From the NCBI GenBank assembly GCA_036274575.1, contig DASUFJ010000131.1:4262-68261 (forward strand): 64,000 bases of DNA. Reading direction: 5' to 3'. The number at the start of each line of letters is the position of its first letter. The stretch's first letter is position 1. The DNA comes from Candidatus Limnocylindria bacterium. Lineage in GTDB: Bacteria > Chloroflexota > Limnocylindria > QHBO01. Positions 61,759 through 64,000 of this stretch are shown here, in pieces. Under the pieces are notes generated by a model, which saw only the letters and a list, made by a program, of their open reading frames with translations, ran no database searches and was not told the DNA's origin. The translations under genes were made by a program, and so were the position numbers.

Positions 61759-62703
61759 ATGAAGCAGCTGCTCGAGGCGGGCGTCCACTTCGGGCATCAG
61801 ACCCGGCGCTGGAATCCGAAGATGCGCGAGTACATCTTCGCGGAGCGCAATGGGATCCACATCATCGATCTCGCGCAGACGGTCTCGCGCCTCGACGAGG
61901 CGCTCGAGTTCGTGCGCGAGACAGTGCGCCGCGGCGACAGCATCCTCTTCGTCGGCACGAAGAAGCAGGCGCAGGAGGCCATCGCCGAATCCGCGCAGCG
62001 CGCCGGCCAGCACTACGTCAACACTCGTTGGCTCGGCGGGATGCTCACGAACTTCCAGACGATCAAGCGCCGCATCCAGCGTCTCGAGGCCCTCGAGGCG
62101 CGACGTGACGCCGGCGAGTTCGAGCGCCTCACCAAGAAAGAGGCCTCCAAGCTCACCGAGGAGATCAACAAGCTCGATGCCGCGCTCGGGGGCATCCGCA
62201 AGATGCGCCGCCTCCCCGGCGCCGTCTTCATCGTCGATCCCCATCGCGAGTCGATCGCCGTCGCCGAGGCTCGCCGCCTCGAGATCCCGATCGTGGCGAT
62301 GACCGACACGAACTGCGATCCGGACCTCATCGACTGGGTCATCCCGGCCAACGATGACGCGATCCGCTCGGTGCGCCTCATCTGCACCCTGGTCGCCGAT
62401 GCGGCCGCGAATGCATCGCAGGAGCGCCAGGCCCGCCTGGACGAGGAGTTCGAGCAGGCCGAGGCGATGCCGCCGGTCGACGAAGCGACGCTGACGAGCG
62501 AGGCGGACTACACCGCCGCGCTGGCCTCGGGCGAGGCGCTCGTCTTCGAGCCTGAGCCGGAGGACGACGAGGAGGAGGAGCGCAAGGCGCGAGCGCGCCG
62601 TGCCGCCCACCTGGACGAGGGCGAGCCGGAGCACGACCCCGACCGGGAGCACGAGCGCCAGATCGACGAGCACGCCAAGGAGCCGCGCCACACCCCCACG
62701 TGA
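61759..62703 (+). CDS. rpsB: 30S ribosomal protein S2 with an acidic C-terminal extension
   Basis: [27 protein letters not shown]. The listed ORF 61129.. is a 5' extension. Confidence 0.9.
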   Translation: MKQLLEAGVHFGHQTRRWNPKMREYIFAERNGIHIIDLAQTVSRLDEALEFVRETVRRGDSILFVGTKKQAQEAIAESAQRAGQHYVNTRWLGGMLTNFQTIKRRIQRLEALEARRDAGEFERLTKKEASKLTEEINKLDAALGGIRKMRRLPGAVFIVDPHRESIAVAEARRLEIPIVAMTDTNCDPDLIDWVIPANDDAIRSVRLICTLVADAAANASQERQARLDEEFEQAEAMPPVDEATLTSEADYTAALASGEALVFEPEPEDDEEEERKARARRAAHLDEGEPEHDPDREHERQIDEHAKEPRHTPT

Positions 62704-62724
62704 GGCGGCGGCGGGAAAGGACGC

Positions 62725-63363
62725 ATGACGAACACGGTGATCATCAAGCCAGACGACATCAAGAAGCTCCGTGAGCAGACCGGAGCGGGGATCATGGACT
62801 GCAAGCGCGCGCTGGAGGAGACCGGCGGCGACTTCGAGCGGGCCGTCCTCTGGCTGCGCGAGAAGGGACTCTCGACCGCCGCCAAGAAGGCCGGCCGCGC
62901 CGCGCGCGAGGGCGTGGTCACGAGCTACATCCACCATGGCTCGCGCCTGGGCGTGCTGCTCGAGCTCAACTGCGAGACCGACTTCGTGGCGCGCACCGAC
63001 GACTTCCAGGGCCTCGCCCGCGAGATCGCGATGCAGATTGCCGGCATGGCGCCGCTGTACGTGGCTCGCGAGGACGTGCCCACGGAGCTGATCGAGGAGC
63101 AGTCACGCCTCTTCACCATCGACGCGGAGCGCGACGGCCGACCGGCTGACCGTATTCCGACGATCGTCGAGGGCAAGCTCAACAAGTGGTTCGAGCAGGT
63201 CTGCCTGCTCGAGCAGCCGTACCGCGACACGGACCGCAAGGTGGGTGACCTCATCACCGAGAAGGTGGCCGTGCTGGGCGAGAACATCCGCGTCGCGCGA
63301 TTCGCGCGCATGGCGGTCGGCGAGACCGCCGAGGGCGAGACCGAGGGGACCGAGGCCGCCTGA
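62725..63363 (+). CDS. tsf: Translation elongation factor Ts (short form)
   Basis: [30 protein letters not shown] and [15 protein letters not shown]. Confidence 0.9.
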   Translation: MTNTVIIKPDDIKKLREQTGAGIMDCKRALEETGGDFERAVLWLREKGLSTAAKKAGRAAREGVVTSYIHHGSRLGVLLELNCETDFVARTDDFQGLAREIAMQIAGMAPLYVAREDVPTELIEEQSRLFTIDAERDGRPADRIPTIVEGKLNKWFEQVCLLEQPYRDTDRKVGDLITEKVAVLGENIRVARFARMAVGETAEGETEGTEAA

Positions 63364-63367
63364 GCCG

Positions 63368-64000
63368 ATGAGCGACGCGGCCGCCCCTCGACGCGCGACC
63401 GACTCACGCCGGGTCCTCCTGAAGCTGTCCGGCGAGGCGCTCATGGGTGACCACGAGTACGGCATCGACCCGACCGTTGTGCGCCAGATCGCCGGACAGG
63501 TGGCGGAGGCGGCCGGCGAAGGCATCCAGACCTCGATCGTGGTGGGCGGGGGGAATATCTTCCGCGGCCTGGCTGCGAGCGCGCGCGGCATGGATCGGTC
63601 CACCGGCGACTACATGGGCATGCTCGCCACCGTGATGAACGGACTCGCGCTGCAGGATGCGCTGGAGCAGGGCGGCTGCCCGACGCGGGTCATGAGCGCG
63701 ATCGCGATGAACGAGATCTGCGAGCCGTACATCCGGCGCCGCGCCGTCCGGCACCTCGAGAAGGGCCGCGTCGTCGTCATGGTCGCCGGAACCGGCAACC
63801 CGTATTTCACGACCGACACCGCCGCGACGCTGCGTGCGGTCGAGGTCCACGCCCAGGTCATCCTCAAGGCGACCCGGGTGGACGGGGTGTACGATGCCGA
63901 TCCGGAGACGACGCCCGGCGCGCAGCGCTACAGCACCATCGGCTACACCGAGCTGCTGAGCAACCGGCTCCAGGCGCTCGACGCGACCGCCGTGAGCCTG
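63368..64000 (+). CDS. pyrH: Uridylate kinase, 5' part (3' end outside the window)
   Basis: My own translation from ATG 63368 gives [27 protein letters not shown]...[10 protein letters not shown]...[15 protein letters not shown]. It is not in the ORF track because it runs off the window. Confidence 0.85.
   Translation, partial: MSDAAAPRRATDSRRVLLKLSGEALMGDHEYGIDPTVVRQIAGQVAEAAGEGIQTSIVVGGGNIFRGLAASARGMDRSTGDYMGMLATVMNGLALQDALEQGGCPTRVMSAIAMNEICEPYIRRRAVRHLEKGRVVVMVAGTGNPYFTTDTAATLRAVEVHAQVILKATRVDGVYDADPETTPGAQRYSTIGYTELLSNRLQALDATAVSL

Overview
This is a high-GC, gene-dense chromosomal core segment, about 70% G+C by eye. It looks like a Gram-positive-type lineage, Actinomycetota- or Chloroflexota-like. 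That placement is an inference from the rapZ-yvcK-whiA cluster, a T-box leader and apparently leaderless starts. I call about 70 protein genes, almost all on the + strand, many coupled by NTGA or TGATG start/stop overlaps.

Gene order: tatC', an HDAC-family gene, rapZ-yvcK-whiA-tpiA-gpmI-secG, two tRNA-Leu, and a 1040-aa AT3 acyltransferase/adenylate-forming-enzyme fusion. Then tRNA-Val, DUF1905, lemA-htpX, a GNAT gene, and tRNA-Phe/Gly/Gln/Cys.

Next comes a lower-GC islet of about 3.6 kb. It holds about 1 kb that I cannot call, a triple-repeat protein and a lysyl-oxidase-like secreted enzyme, and it ends at tRNA-Leu(UAA).

After the islet: an orphan CpaE/TadZ-like ATPase (- strand), rpsF-ssb-rpsR, TauE plus DUF1634, a candidate yybP-ykoY (Mn2+) riboswitch ahead of a CaCA antiporter, and ilvE. 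Then a processive-type GT2 synthase with a membrane partner, a T-box leader plus ileS, and lspA-rluD-gmk-priA-def-fmt. Then BON (-), yugP-like, rlmN-rpe, a GH-like lipoprotein, dtd, rpmB (-), recG-rsmD-coaD, a coiled-coil protein, and yceD-rpmF-plsX-nusB-acpP-rnc-smc-ftsY-ffh. The window ends with a DUF3352-like gene, rpsP-KH-rimM-trmD-rplS-rnhB-yraN, a LysM/SLT gene (-), and rpsB-tsf-pyrH'.

I saw no rRNA, CRISPR array, transposase or integrase.

The best leads are:
- the tRNA-bracketed islet with the LOX-like enzyme
- the AT3-ANL fusion
- the Mn-riboswitch/CaCA pairing
- an unexplained tandem 73-nt repeat between dtd and rpmB
- three start-codon or frame anomalies (rimM, the gene after coaD, the gene after rpe)
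- an RNase HII lacking the catalytic Glu

All family calls rest on motif recognition by eye and memory. No searches were run.
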